Part shown: positions 8,217 through 18,092 of the stretch, piece by piece
Layout of the letters: each line of letters begins with the position of its first letter
Position numbering within the stretch: the stretch's first letter is position 1
From: an uncultured Verrucomicrobiae bacterium
Lineage (GTDB): Bacteria > Verrucomicrobiota > Verrucomicrobiia > Chthoniobacterales > JAFAMB01
Direction: 5' to 3'
DNA length: 64,000 nucleotides
Assembly: GCA_963762565.1 (NCBI GenBank)
Contig: CAVXLD010000007.1
Location: 384,001-448,000 of the forward strand
Made by a program: the position numbers and the translations under genes
The notes under the pieces: generated by a model
What the model saw: only the letters and a program-made list of their open reading frames with translations
Databases searched by the model: none
What the model was told of the DNA's origin: nothing

Positions 8217-9728
8217 ATGGTCAAACCGGAGCAAACTCATCCCAGTAACCTTAGTACCGCCGCGGATCTGGTAGAATTTCTGACGCTGGAGGCTTGGATT
8301 CCCTCGGCGCACGCTCGCTGGCTCCCGGTTATTAAGGCACTACTGGAAGCCTTTCTGCAGCGGTTTGACTCGGCGTTGCTGGCCCAGCTACTCGACCATC
8401 AGCACACCCTTCCGCCGACCGCGCCGGCCGCTGTGCGCGCCGCCCGAATGGCACGGGAACTAACCGCGTTGCACAAGATCTGTCAGATGCTGGCTCGGAA
8501 CCCGCGGCTTCCAGCAGAGGCTCGGGCAGCGCTCGCGCCCTTGGAAAGCTTGCCACCCGAAGCAATTCCGGATAGCTCCGTTCAGGAAGCCATTGCTCTA
8601 GTTAGAGAGATGCGCCCCGATTTGGAGCTGGACCCGCAGAATCCGAGAGTGGCTCGGGGAAGCGTGGCCGACGTGTTCCGGCTCCGGCATCGAACTTCTG
8701 AAGGCACCGTCATGGCGTTCAAGACCGTGCGGGCCGACGCAATGCTTCGGATTCAAAACGAAGCCGCTGTGTTGATGGAAATGGTTCATGATGCTCCGGC
8801 CGTAGGCGCCCTGGCGGGACCCAATTTCGCAGCTGCACTAGGAGAAGCGCTTCGAGATGCGGCAACTGCGCTTCTCCGCGAAATCGACTTCGCCGGGGAG
8901 GCAGCGAATCTGCAGGAGGCGCGCGCCTTTTATAAATCAAATCGGCGCATCCGCGTTCCTGCACCCGTCGGGGTTCCACTCGATCGCGGAATCTATATGG
9001 AGTTTGTCGAGGCCGCACCGCTTTTCGAGGCTCCGCTCGACGCCGAATCTCGGCGCGATGCTGCCCGGTTGGTCTTTCGACGCCTGCTTCTCGATCCGCT
9101 GTTTTCGGGACTTTCCGAGTCCATTTTTCACGCCGATCCACATGCTGGGAACCTGATGGTGCAAACGCAGAAGCATCGGCCGCTTACGCTGGTGCTCCTG
9201 GATTGGAGCCAAGCCGGCCGGCTTTCCGCGTCGTTACGCCATGCGCTCATTGAACTTTGCCTTTACTGCTTTACCGGCGAAGAGCCGTCGCCCGACCTCC
9301 TGATGCGCCTACTGGAGAGCAATCAGACAGAAATTCGGATCTCGCTGCCTGCGGGAGACGATCCACTGGAGGTTGCGTTTGAAATCGTACAACAACTTGC
9401 GCTGCAGGGCCATCCGGTGCCGCTCGATCTTCTCCTCATGCGCAAATCGTTTATGACGCTGGACGGAATCACGCGCCAGCTCGACCCTGATTTCAATCCT
9501 TGGCAGGAAACGCTTGCCTATGGGTCTGAAATGTTTGCCAGTGAAGCGGTCTTCCGGGGCTGGAGCCTGCCATTCCCATGGCTCGACCGGACCGACTTCT
9601 ATCGTTCCGGGCTCTCCAACCGAGCGCTAGCGGTTCATTTGACCCGTACGATCCCTAAATTTTGTGCAACTGCACAAAATTTGCTGGCCCATTTCCGAAA
9701 TCCATGGGATGTTCATTTAGAGGCCTAG
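8217..9728 (+). CDS. ABC1/UbiB/AarF-family atypical kinase
   Basis: KICQML, ARGSVADV, EIDFAGEA, MEFVE, FHADPHAGNL, LLDW. Confidence 0.8.
   Translation: MVKPEQTHPSNLSTAADLVEFLTLEAWIPSAHARWLPVIKALLEAFLQRFDSALLAQLLDHQHTLPPTAPAAVRAARMARELTALHKICQMLARNPRLPAEARAALAPLESLPPEAIPDSSVQEAIALVREMRPDLELDPQNPRVARGSVADVFRLRHRTSEGTVMAFKTVRADAMLRIQNEAAVLMEMVHDAPAVGALAGPNFAAALGEALRDAATALLREIDFAGEAANLQEARAFYKSNRRIRVPAPVGVPLDRGIYMEFVEAAPLFEAPLDAESRRDAARLVFRRLLLDPLFSGLSESIFHADPHAGNLMVQTQKHRPLTLVLLDWSQAGRLSASLRHALIELCLYCFTGEEPSPDLLMRLLESNQTEIRISLPAGDDPLEVAFEIVQQLALQGHPVPLDLLLMRKSFMTLDGITRQLDPDFNPWQETLAYGSEMFASEAVFRGWSLPFPWLDRTDFYRSGLSNRALAVHLTRTIPKFCATAQNLLAHFRNPWDVHLEA
9658..9681. promoter_or_regulatory. putative PhaR operator, perfect palindrome AATTTTGTGCA-AC-TGCACAAAATT
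   Basis: TGC-N4-GCA core ~100 bp upstream of phasin 1; related boxes at ~14882-14900 and 7430-7439. Confidence 0.6.
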
Positions 9729-9782
9729 GGATTACCGAAAGCCTCACACCGAAAACCAAAAAACTAACTTAAAGAGATACAT

Positions 9783-10253
9783 ATGAGTGCAACCCATAGC
9801 AAAAAGGCAACTGGGACAACGCCCGAGACGTTTAATGACGTCTTTCGTGAGGCGATGCTTTGTTACGAAAAAGCCCTGAAGTCGGGCATTCAATTGCAAG
9901 AGGAATCAGTGAACATGTGGAAAGACCTGCTCACTAAACTTGGCTCCCCTGAGGAGTTCCGAGGCAAACTGGAAGCGATGACCGCAGAGATATTCCCAAC
10001 GACCCGCAAGCGGATGGAGGAATTTGTCGAGACGTTCAACCAGGCGAGCAATCAGACCATTGATCTGTTCGAGAAAACGATGGGCGTTTATCAGGCGTCC
10101 TCGGTAACCGATGCGCAGCACCGTGTGCAAGATCTGATCGAAAGCTCGCTGAGCACCCTGCGGGTTAACGTGCACAGCGCTCTCAACACAAACGCGAAAA
10201 TCATCAGTTCGTGGAAGGAACTTGTTGATCGTTTCGGTCCGGCCGTGAAGTAA
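9783..10253 (+). CDS. phasin-like PHA granule protein (copy 1)
   Basis: Small amphipathic helical protein directly before phaE-phaC; call rests on context. Confidence 0.6.
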   Translation: MSATHSKKATGTTPETFNDVFREAMLCYEKALKSGIQLQEESVNMWKDLLTKLGSPEEFRGKLEAMTAEIFPTTRKRMEEFVETFNQASNQTIDLFEKTMGVYQASSVTDAQHRVQDLIESSLSTLRVNVHSALNTNAKIISSWKELVDRFGPAVK

Positions 10254-10295
10254 CCAACGAGCAGCTGAAACGGAGCTGGTGATAGAACAAATCCT

Positions 10296-10835
10296 ATGAG
10301 CGGTGATATAAACAAGGGCTTCGAGCAGGTAACCGCGTTCCAGAAGCTCTGGCTGGATTCCTTCGGGAAGATGGCGGACGTCTGGTCTCAATATTCACCA
10401 GGTTCTCCGCCTATCGACGAAATGCGGAAGATGCGGGGCGGGATGCTGCAGGTGCTGGCCGAAATCTGGGATGAATACATGCGCACGCCTCAATTCATGG
10501 AAATGATGAAGGCGTCGCTGAACGGCGCCCTCGACCTCAAACGCATGGCTCGGGAAGGCATGAACCGGGTGCATGAACAATTCGAAAACCCCAGCAAAGA
10601 GGATATCGATGGCGTGTTGCTGGCGATCCGGCATGTGGAACGACGGCTCTTAGAGCGACTCGAAGGGCTCGATGACCGGGTAGCAAACCTGGACGAAAAA
10701 ATCGATCGAGTCGATCAGCGGATCGCTAAACAGGAGCATGCTGTCACCAGCCGGAGAGCGACTCCGGAGACGAGGGAACAGAAAACAAACGCTAAGGCGC
10801 CAAAGAGAAGGCGCGGTAAAGCTTCCTCCGGATAG
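10296..10835 (+). CDS. phaE: PHA synthase accessory subunit, short PhaE/PhaR(Bacillus)-like (copy 1)
   Basis: YMRTPQFMEMM...PSKEDIDGVLLAIRHVERRL coiled coil, upstream of phaC. Confidence 0.7.
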   Translation: MSGDINKGFEQVTAFQKLWLDSFGKMADVWSQYSPGSPPIDEMRKMRGGMLQVLAEIWDEYMRTPQFMEMMKASLNGALDLKRMAREGMNRVHEQFENPSKEDIDGVLLAIRHVERRLLERLEGLDDRVANLDEKIDRVDQRIAKQEHAVTSRRATPETREQKTNAKAPKRRRGKASSG

Positions 10836-10856
10836 GCGAACCGGGTTCCCGCTGAA

Positions 10857-11951
10857 ATGGACCAGAAAACTAGCGATGGGGCAGATTGGGAGGCTTGGCA
10901 GGCTTCCTTTGTGGACGAGGCATTCACGAATTTAAGGCGAATCACCAGCATTCCGTTCCTGCCGGAGAAAATGGACCGAGTCCGCAAAGGCGTGACTCCG
11001 CGCGAAGTGGTTTACGAGGAAGACCGGCTGAGAGTTTACCATTACCTCGGAGAGAGTGAACCCAGATTCAAGACGCCGCTCTGTTTCGTGTTTGCCCTGG
11101 TGAACCGGCCATACATCATGGATCTGAAGGAAGGCCGGAGCATCATCGCGCATTACGTTAAAGCCGGCTTCGATACCTATCTGATCGACTGGGGTACGCC
11201 GACGCGAGCCGAACGTTTCCTGACAACAGATGACTATGTCAACGGCTACATGCTGAACGTCGTCAACTATCTGCGGGAAAGGACCGGCTCAAGTAAGATC
11301 AACCTCTTAGGTTACTGCATGGGTGGCACCTTGAGCACGATGTTTACCGCCATCCACCAGAAGCTGATTAAGAATTTGGTGCTGCTGACCACCGGGATTG
11401 ATTACTCAACGCGCGACGGCCTGCTTAATCTGTGGACCGATCCACGTTACTTCGATGTCGATAAATTCGTCGATACCATGGGCAATATCCCAGCGGAGTT
11501 TCTTCAGGTCGCGTTTCTCATGTTGAAGCCCATCGCCAACCTGGTGGAAAAGCCCATTAACCTGATGGAAAACATTCACCGAGACGAATTTGTCGATGAT
11601 TACCTCTACATGGAAACGTGGCTGAACGACAACATTCCTGTGCCGGGCGAGGTCTATCGCGAGTTTGCGAAATATCTCTTTCAACAAAACTTGCTGGTGA
11701 AGAATCGAATGCCCTTGGGCCGGCACCTGGTTGATTTGCGCAAGATCACCTGTCCACTGTTGAACCTGATGGCCCGTAACGACCACCTGGTGCCATGTTC
11801 CCAGACCGAGCCGCTAAACGATTTGGTCAGTTCCAAGGACAAAGAAAAGATCATCTGGCCAGCCGGGCACATCGGATTGGCTGTCAGTTCAAAGGCTCAA
11901 AAGGAGCTATGGCCGCGGGCGGTAGAATGGCTCAGCCGGCGTACCGACTGA
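10857..11951 (+). CDS. phaC: class III/IV PHA synthase PhaC (copy 1)
   Basis: GVTPREVVYEED, ALVNRPYIMDL, GYCMGG lipase box, DHLVP, GHIGL; 364 aa. Confidence 0.95.
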   Translation: MDQKTSDGADWEAWQASFVDEAFTNLRRITSIPFLPEKMDRVRKGVTPREVVYEEDRLRVYHYLGESEPRFKTPLCFVFALVNRPYIMDLKEGRSIIAHYVKAGFDTYLIDWGTPTRAERFLTTDDYVNGYMLNVVNYLRERTGSSKINLLGYCMGGTLSTMFTAIHQKLIKNLVLLTTGIDYSTRDGLLNLWTDPRYFDVDKFVDTMGNIPAEFLQVAFLMLKPIANLVEKPINLMENIHRDEFVDDYLYMETWLNDNIPVPGEVYREFAKYLFQQNLLVKNRMPLGRHLVDLRKITCPLLNLMARNDHLVPCSQTEPLNDLVSSKDKEKIIWPAGHIGLAVSSKAQKELWPRAVEWLSRRTD

Positions 11952-11960
11952 CTGATCGAT

Positions 11961-12402
11961 CCTAGCCAGGCAATTTATTGTCTGGTGTGCATGCGCAAGA
12001 AGGGACCTCGTCCCGTAGGAACTGAATGATCGTAGCCAGGCAGTTCACTGCCTGGAACCTCGCACCTAAGTCGGACCCGTCTCCTAGAGACGGTATGATT
12101 GGTGGCTCGTCCTCGTGCTCGTTGAGCGCTAACGCACAGGGACTGGTGTCGTGATTGGAGAAAATCGAATCGCTGGGCAACTCTCGAACGCTCGGCAGAA
12201 CACGCTTTCGAACACGAGCAGGAACACGCGATCCATTAACTAATCATACCGTCTCTACGAGACGGGATCGATCTAGGCGGGAAGTTCCAGGCAGTGAACT
12301 GCCTGGCTATCGATCACTTAGTCCCTACGGGACGGACACCGCCCTTTGCAGCATCCCAGGCAGTTGAAACTGCCTGGCCACCATCATTAGTCCCTACGGG
12401 AC
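11961..12402. mobile_element. nested REPIN-like elements (GTCCC-NNN-GGGAC family)
   Basis: Inner element 12010-12333 lies within outer arms at ~11961 and ~12355-12402; the same tagccaggc...gcctgg hairpins recur. Confidence 0.85.
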
Positions 12403-12429
12403 GAAATCCGTGACCCGGAGCTCTTGCTA

Positions 12430-13173
12430 TTACATATAAGCGCCGCCATTGACGTTGATCTGTTGGCCGGTGATGTAGTCGCCGTCTGCTACCAGGAACA
12501 GGACCGCTTTGGCCACTTCTTCAGGATGCGCGAAACGGCCCATTGGGATCCTACCCTTGATGATCGTCTGCAGTACCGGCGATACGGCGTCAAACATGTC
12601 GGTTTCAGTATAGCCGGGACAAACAGCATTCACCGTAATCCCGGAATTCACCAACTCAGCCGCGGCCGTCCGGGTAAAAGCGATGATTCCGCCTTTGCTA
12701 GCGCTGTAGTTAGCCTGGCCCAGCGCCGGGATCTGGCCGTTCAATGAGCTGATGTTGACAATCCGGCCGTAACTTTGGGCGGTCATGATCGGGATAACCG
12801 CCGAGGTGCAGTAAAAGCACCCGTTAAGATTCGTCTGGATCACCTGGATCCACTGATCGTCGGTCATTCGAGGCAGCAAAGAGTCGCGGGTGATGCCGGC
12901 ATTGTTCACCAGGATGTCCAGATGAGTGAACTCCTTGGCAACATCCTCCACCATCGTCCGGACTTCCTTCGAATTGCTGATGTCTGCTTTGTAGATGATA
13001 GCAATACCACCTAATTCGTGGATCTCTTCCGCCACTTGCTTCGCCTTGCTATCGCTGCTGGAATAATTAATCGCCACTTTGGCGCCCTCGCGGGCAAGTT
13101 CGATAGCGATTGCCCGCCCGATTCCGCGTGAAGCGCCGGTAACCAGCGCTGTTTTTCCTTCAACTCTTCTCAT
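12430..13173 (-). CDS. phaB: acetoacetyl-CoA reductase
   Basis: TGASRGIG, NNAGITRD, GQANYSASKGG, PGYTETDM, NGGAYM; follows the thiolase. Confidence 0.85.
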   Translation of the reverse strand: MRRVEGKTALVTGASRGIGRAIAIELAREGAKVAINYSSSDSKAKQVAEEIHELGGIAIIYKADISNSKEVRTMVEDVAKEFTHLDILVNNAGITRDSLLPRMTDDQWIQVIQTNLNGCFYCTSAVIPIMTAQSYGRIVNISSLNGQIPALGQANYSASKGGIIAFTRTAAAELVNSGITVNAVCPGYTETDMFDAVSPVLQTIIKGRIPMGRFAHPEEVAKAVLFLVADGDYITGQQINVNGGAYM

Positions 13174-13236
13174 GAGACTCTCTTTCTTATCTTAGTGTTC
13201 TTTCGGTTGTGTTTCTGTTGCTTGACGGGTGGCCCC

Positions 13237-14418
13237 TTACGGGCGCTCAAAAATCGCCGCGATCCCTTGACCACCGCCGATGCACATCGTGACCAGCGCC
13301 CGCTTGCCGCCGGTCCGAGCGAGCTCGTACAGCGCTTTGATCGTCAGGATAGCTCCGGTAGCTCCGAGAGGGTGACCCAGCGATATGCCGCTGCCGTTGG
13401 GATTGGTGCGGTCCGCCGGAAAATTGAGTTCGCGGCAGACAGCCAGTGCCTGGGCGGCAAACGCTTCGTTAACCTCGAACACATCGATATCGTCAAGACC
13501 GAAACCGGTCTTTTTGAGCAGCTTTTGGACGGCCGGCACTGGTCCGATGCCCATATGCTTGGGATCGACGCCGGCATAGGCATAGTCAACAAAGCGGCCG
13601 ATCGGCTTCAGACCCCGCCTCTTGGCGTACTCGCCATCCGCCAGCACAAGCGCGGCCGCCGCATCATTGATGCTGGATGCGTTCCCCGCTGTCACGGTGC
13701 CTTCGGGATCAAATATAGTGGGCAGCTTGGCGAGCTTCTCGACGGTACTGCCCCGCCGCACGGTCTCGTCGGTCACGAAGGGCACTCTCTCCCGCTTGGC
13801 CCGGATCTCGATCGGAACGATCTGCGCCTTGAAGAATCCTTGATCGATGGCGCAACCGGCTCGCCGATGGCTTTCCACCGCCAGCGCGTCCTGATCCTGC
13901 CGGGAAACTTTGTACGTTTTAGCGACGTTTTCCGCGGTCACGCCCATGTGATAGTCGTCAAAAGGGTCGGTCAGGGCTCCAACCATCATATCGACCATCT
14001 TCGTGTCATTCATCCGGGCGCCGAAACGCATCGCTGCCGAGCTGTAAGGAGCACGACTCATATTCTCGGCTCCTCCGGCAACGGTCACGACGGCGTCGTC
14101 CAGCATGATCGTCTGGGCGCACGTAATGATCGCTTGCAGGCCGCTGCCGCAGAGCCGATTCAAAGTCAGGGCGGGGGTCTCGTCAGGCAGACCGCCCTTG
14201 ATCCCGGCAACCCGCGCTATGTAAGCATCATGCGCATCAGTGTGAATGATGTTTCCGAAGACGACATGACCGACGTCCTTGACGTCGACTCCCGAGCGGG
14301 CGACGGCTTCCCGTACGCAGGTTGCCGCCATCTCGCTGGGTGGGGTATCTTTTAAGCTGCCGCCGTAACCGCCGATTGCCGTCCGAACTCCGCTAAGGAC
14401 AAAAATTTCTCGTTTCAT
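13237..14418 (-). CDS. bktB: beta-ketothiolase, BktB-like
   Basis: MKREIFVLSGVRTAIG, VGHVVFGN, NRLCGSGLQA, NEAFA, GHPLGATG, CIGGGQG; resembles Cupriavidus BktB. Confidence 0.85.
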   Translation of the reverse strand: MKREIFVLSGVRTAIGGYGGSLKDTPPSEMAATCVREAVARSGVDVKDVGHVVFGNIIHTDAHDAYIARVAGIKGGLPDETPALTLNRLCGSGLQAIITCAQTIMLDDAVVTVAGGAENMSRAPYSSAAMRFGARMNDTKMVDMMVGALTDPFDDYHMGVTAENVAKTYKVSRQDQDALAVESHRRAGCAIDQGFFKAQIVPIEIRAKRERVPFVTDETVRRGSTVEKLAKLPTIFDPEGTVTAGNASSINDAAAALVLADGEYAKRRGLKPIGRFVDYAYAGVDPKHMGIGPVPAVQKLLKKTGFGLDDIDVFEVNEAFAAQALAVCRELNFPADRTNPNGSGISLGHPLGATGAILTIKALYELARTGGKRALVTMCIGGGQGIAAIFERP

Positions 14419-14995
14419 AATAATCTAGGTAAGAACGTTGTTTACTTCTTAAATTTGGTTTTAGAACGCTTCGCGGCCCTGTGCCTAGTCCCCATCGCTG
14501 CGAGCCGCTGATGCGCGCGATCATGTTCAAGTGATTAAACCAGTTAACTGAAGATCAGCTGCACCGGGCTTGTTGGATGCAGACCATCTTTTGCTCTCTG
14601 AGCATTGTGCGATAACCCGAGCCAGGAGACTAGATCCGGCCAAGCGTAGTTGAACGACGCGAGGTAGCCGCTGGCTGATCGACGCTCATCACCTCACCAT
14701 CTTTTTCCTTTGGATAACCTTATTTTGCCAACGCACAACGATCCAAAAAGTAAGAGGAAAATCGCTTCGTCTGTTTGTCCAGGGGGAGATCGGCATCTAA
14801 CCGCTATATAAAGGTATTCTTGCGGCCGAATGAGCGTCTATACCGGCATTAATCGGATCAACGGCCAGTTCATTTAGAAATGTTGTGCAAATGCAAAAAC
14901 TTATTGTGTATTTAGCGTAGGCGTGACATGTTCATTCAGAAGCCCAGGAATCAACCGAAGGCTTGAGAACTAAAATTAACCAGAAAGAAAAGAAC

Positions 14996-15469
14996 ATGAG
15001 TGCGACCGAGACAAAAAAGGCAACCGGTGGTGCGACTCCGGAGCCCGTCAATGACCTCTTTCGCGAAGCGCTACGCAGCTACGAGAAGGCCCTCAAGTCG
15101 GGTATTCAACTGCAAGAAGAATCAGTGAACCTGTGGAAAGACCTGTTAACTAAGCTGGGCTCCCCCGAGGAGTTCCGGGCGAAGTTAGAGTCGATGAACG
15201 CGGACATATTTCCATTGGCACGCAAACGCATGGAGGAGTTTGTCGGGATATTCAACCGCACGAGCAATCAGACGGTTGATCTGTTCGAGAAGACGATGGG
15301 CGTTTATCAGGCTGCCTCGGTGACCGATGCGCAGCGACGTGTCCAGGATCTGATCGAAAGTTCGTTGAACACCGTACGAGTGAACGTGCACAGTGCTTTG
15401 AACACGAACGCCAAGATCATCACTTCGTGGAAGGAACTCGTAGATCGTTTCGTTCCCGTGGCAAAGTGA
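14996..15469 (+). CDS. phasin-like protein (copy 2)
   Basis: Close paralog of 9783-10253. Confidence 0.6.
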   Translation: MSATETKKATGGATPEPVNDLFREALRSYEKALKSGIQLQEESVNLWKDLLTKLGSPEEFRAKLESMNADIFPLARKRMEEFVGIFNRTSNQTVDLFEKTMGVYQAASVTDAQRRVQDLIESSLNTVRVNVHSALNTNAKIITSWKELVDRFVPVAK

Positions 15470-15593
15470 AGGCTAAGCCGACAAGAGCTCTTGGCAAAGC
15501 AATGCTCAATAAAATCTGGCTCTGTGGGTCCCTTCGGGTAGCAGAAATCCGGCTGCCCGAAGCCCCGGGGCTAGCAACTTAGAACAGATCCCT

Positions 15594-16136
15594 ATGAGCG
15601 ATAAAATGAACAACGGCTTCGAGCAGGTCGCCGTTTTCCAAAAACTGTGGACCGACTCCTTGGCGAAGATGTCCGAAGTCTGGACTCAATATTCGCCGGG
15701 TTCGCCACCTATCGATGAGATGCGCAGGATGCGCGGCGGAATGTTGCAAGTATTCGCGGAAACCTGGGATGAATACATGCGCACGCCTCAATTCATGGAA
15801 ATGATGAAGGCATCGCTGAACGGCGCCCTCGACTTCAAACGCATGGCTCGCGAAGGCATGAACCGGGTGCATGAGCAATTCGAAAATCCCAGCAAAGAGG
15901 ATATCGATGGCGTGTTGCTGGCGATCCGACATGTAGAACGACGGCTCTTAGAGCGACTGGAAGGGCTCGATGACCGGGTAGCAAACCTGGACGAAAAAAT
16001 CGATCGGGTCGATCGACGGATCGTTAAACAGGAGCACGCGACCGAACAGCAGGCGCAGACTTTAGAGACTAAGACACAGAAACCGGCGGCTGCACCCGTT
16101 AAGGGAACAGACGCCAAACCCTCACCCAACAAATGA
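15594..16136 (+). CDS. phaE: short PhaE-like subunit (copy 2)
   Basis: Close paralog of 10296-10835. Confidence 0.7.
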   Translation: MSDKMNNGFEQVAVFQKLWTDSLAKMSEVWTQYSPGSPPIDEMRRMRGGMLQVFAETWDEYMRTPQFMEMMKASLNGALDFKRMAREGMNRVHEQFENPSKEDIDGVLLAIRHVERRLLERLEGLDDRVANLDEKIDRVDRRIVKQEHATEQQAQTLETKTQKPAAAPVKGTDAKPSPNK

Positions 16137-17251
16137 GCACAACTGTTTCTCCTGAAATGGATAAGAATACTAGCGATGGCGCTGACTGGGGGGCCTGGCA
16201 GGCTTCCTTTCTGAACGAGACGTTCACGAACCTAAGGCGAATTACCAGCATCCCTTTTCTGGCAGAAAAAATCGAGCGAGTCCGCAAAGGTGTGACTCCG
16301 CGCGAAATTGTTTACGAGGAAGACCGGCTAAAGGTTTACCGCTACCTCGGTGAGAGTGAACCCAAGTTCAAAACCTCACTCTGTTTCGTGTTTGCTCTGG
16401 TAAACCGGCCATACATCATGGATCTGAAGGAAGGCCGGAGTATCATCGCGCAGTACGTTAAAGCCGGCTTCGATACTTACCTGATCGACTGGGGTACGCC
16501 GACGCGAGCGGAACGTTTTCTGACAACGGATGACTATGTCAACGGCTACATGCTGAACGTCGTCAACTATCTGCGGGAAAGGACCGGCTCAGCTAAGGTT
16601 AACCTATTGGGTTACTGCATGGGAGGAACATTAAGCACCATGTTTACTGCCATTCACCAGGATCTGGTGAAGAACTTGGTGTTGCTGACGACCGGCATTG
16701 ACTACGCGGCCCGCGATAGTCTGATCAGTCTGTGGACCGATCCACGCTACTTTGACGTCGATAAGTTCGTCGATGTCATGGGCAACATCCCCGCTGAATT
16801 CCTGCAACCGGGATTTCAAATGTTGAAGCCCATCGCCAACCTGGTGGAGAAGCCCATCAGCCTGATGGAAAACATTCACCGCGAGGAATTCGTCGACGAC
16901 TATCTCCATATGGAAACGTGGTTGAACGACAACATTCCTGTGCCGGGCGAGGTGTATCGCGAATTTGCGAAATATCTCTTTCAACAAAACCTGCTGGTGA
17001 AGAACCGCCTGCCGTTGGGCCGACACATTGTCGATTTGCGAAAGATCACCTGTCCACTGCTGAACCTGATGGCCCGCAATGACCACTTGGTTCCATGTTC
17101 GCAGACTGAGGTGTTAAACGACCTGGTCAGCTCTAAGGATAAAGAAAAGATCATCTGGCCAGCCGGGCACATCGGGTTAGCTGTTAGTTCCAAGGCTCAA
17201 AAGGAGCTCTGGCCGCGGGCCGTCGATTGGCTTGCTCAGCGGACTGATTGA
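16133..17251 (+). CDS. phaC: class III/IV PHA synthase PhaC (copy 2)
   Basis: GYCMGG, DHLVP, GHIGL; close paralog of copy 1. Confidence 0.95.
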   Translation: MSTTVSPEMDKNTSDGADWGAWQASFLNETFTNLRRITSIPFLAEKIERVRKGVTPREIVYEEDRLKVYRYLGESEPKFKTSLCFVFALVNRPYIMDLKEGRSIIAQYVKAGFDTYLIDWGTPTRAERFLTTDDYVNGYMLNVVNYLRERTGSAKVNLLGYCMGGTLSTMFTAIHQDLVKNLVLLTTGIDYAARDSLISLWTDPRYFDVDKFVDVMGNIPAEFLQPGFQMLKPIANLVEKPISLMENIHREEFVDDYLHMETWLNDNIPVPGEVYREFAKYLFQQNLLVKNRLPLGRHIVDLRKITCPLLNLMARNDHLVPCSQTEVLNDLVSSKDKEKIIWPAGHIGLAVSSKAQKELWPRAVDWLAQRTD

Positions 17252-17253
17252 TT

Positions 17254-18075
17254 GTGAATATAGAAGGTCAAGTCGCGGTAATTACCGGTGCCGGCAGCGG
17301 CATCGGTCAAGCGGTTGCCGTCAGTCTGGCTAAGCGGGGCGTCAAAGCGCTGGGACTGGTGGACCGGAGTGAGTCCGTCCGGACAGTCGCCGAGATTATC
17401 AATGAGGAGAACGGCGGTGGGAAAAAGATCGCCGAAGCTTTCCTCGGCGACACCACCGACGAAGTATTTCAGAAGCAGACCTTTGACCGGATCGTTGGCG
17501 AGTATGGTACCCCCACCATCTGCGTTCCCGCTGCAGGGATCACGCGCGACCAAATTGCGACCAAGATCGATAAGGCAACCGGGCAGGCTCTTGTTTACCC
17601 ACGCGAAACCTTTCGTCTTGTGGTTGAGGTTAACCTGATCGCGCCCATCTATTGGGCGTTGGAGATGGTGGGGCGGATCGCAGAGGCGCGTCACCGCAGT
17701 GGCCTTGGCCGATGGAAACCGGAGGAAGGAATACAGGGATCGGTGGTTTTCATCGGCTCAATCTCGTCGCAAGGTATACCCGGCCAGATCGCTTATGCTT
17801 CTACCAAGGCGGGACTCGAAGGGGCCGAGGCGACACTGACCAAAGAGGCGATCTTCTATGGCGTCCATGCCGCGATCGTTCACCCGGGGTTTACCAACAC
17901 GCCGATGGTCCGGGTACTGGGCGAAGAATACATCAAAAAGAACATCTTACCTTACACCCGGTTGGGCCGGCTGATCGAACCTTTTGAAATCGCCGATGCG
18001 ATCTGCTTCCTGATCAGCAATTCCGAGGTCAGCGGGCGCCTTTGGGCAGACGCCGGTTGGCATCCACCTTTCTGA
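17254..18075 (+). CDS. SDR family oxidoreductase
   Basis: TGAGSGIG, YASTK, LWADAGW; paralog of 6457-7365. Confidence 0.9.
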   Translation: MNIEGQVAVITGAGSGIGQAVAVSLAKRGVKALGLVDRSESVRTVAEIINEENGGGKKIAEAFLGDTTDEVFQKQTFDRIVGEYGTPTICVPAAGITRDQIATKIDKATGQALVYPRETFRLVVEVNLIAPIYWALEMVGRIAEARHRSGLGRWKPEEGIQGSVVFIGSISSQGIPGQIAYASTKAGLEGAEATLTKEAIFYGVHAAIVHPGFTNTPMVRVLGEEYIKKNILPYTRLGRLIEPFEIADAICFLISNSEVSGRLWADAGWHPPF

Positions 18076-18092
18076 ATTCAGCGCTGCATTAG

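Noticed and set aside
13195..14355. 386-aa + strand ORF
   Set aside because: Antisense shadow of the thiolase. The same holds for 27876-28931 opposite the Pat-like gene.
9658..17251. DGR template/variable repeat pair, given the Avd-like protein in the window
   Set aside because: It is a whole-operon duplication with differences not restricted to adenines, and there is no RT gene.
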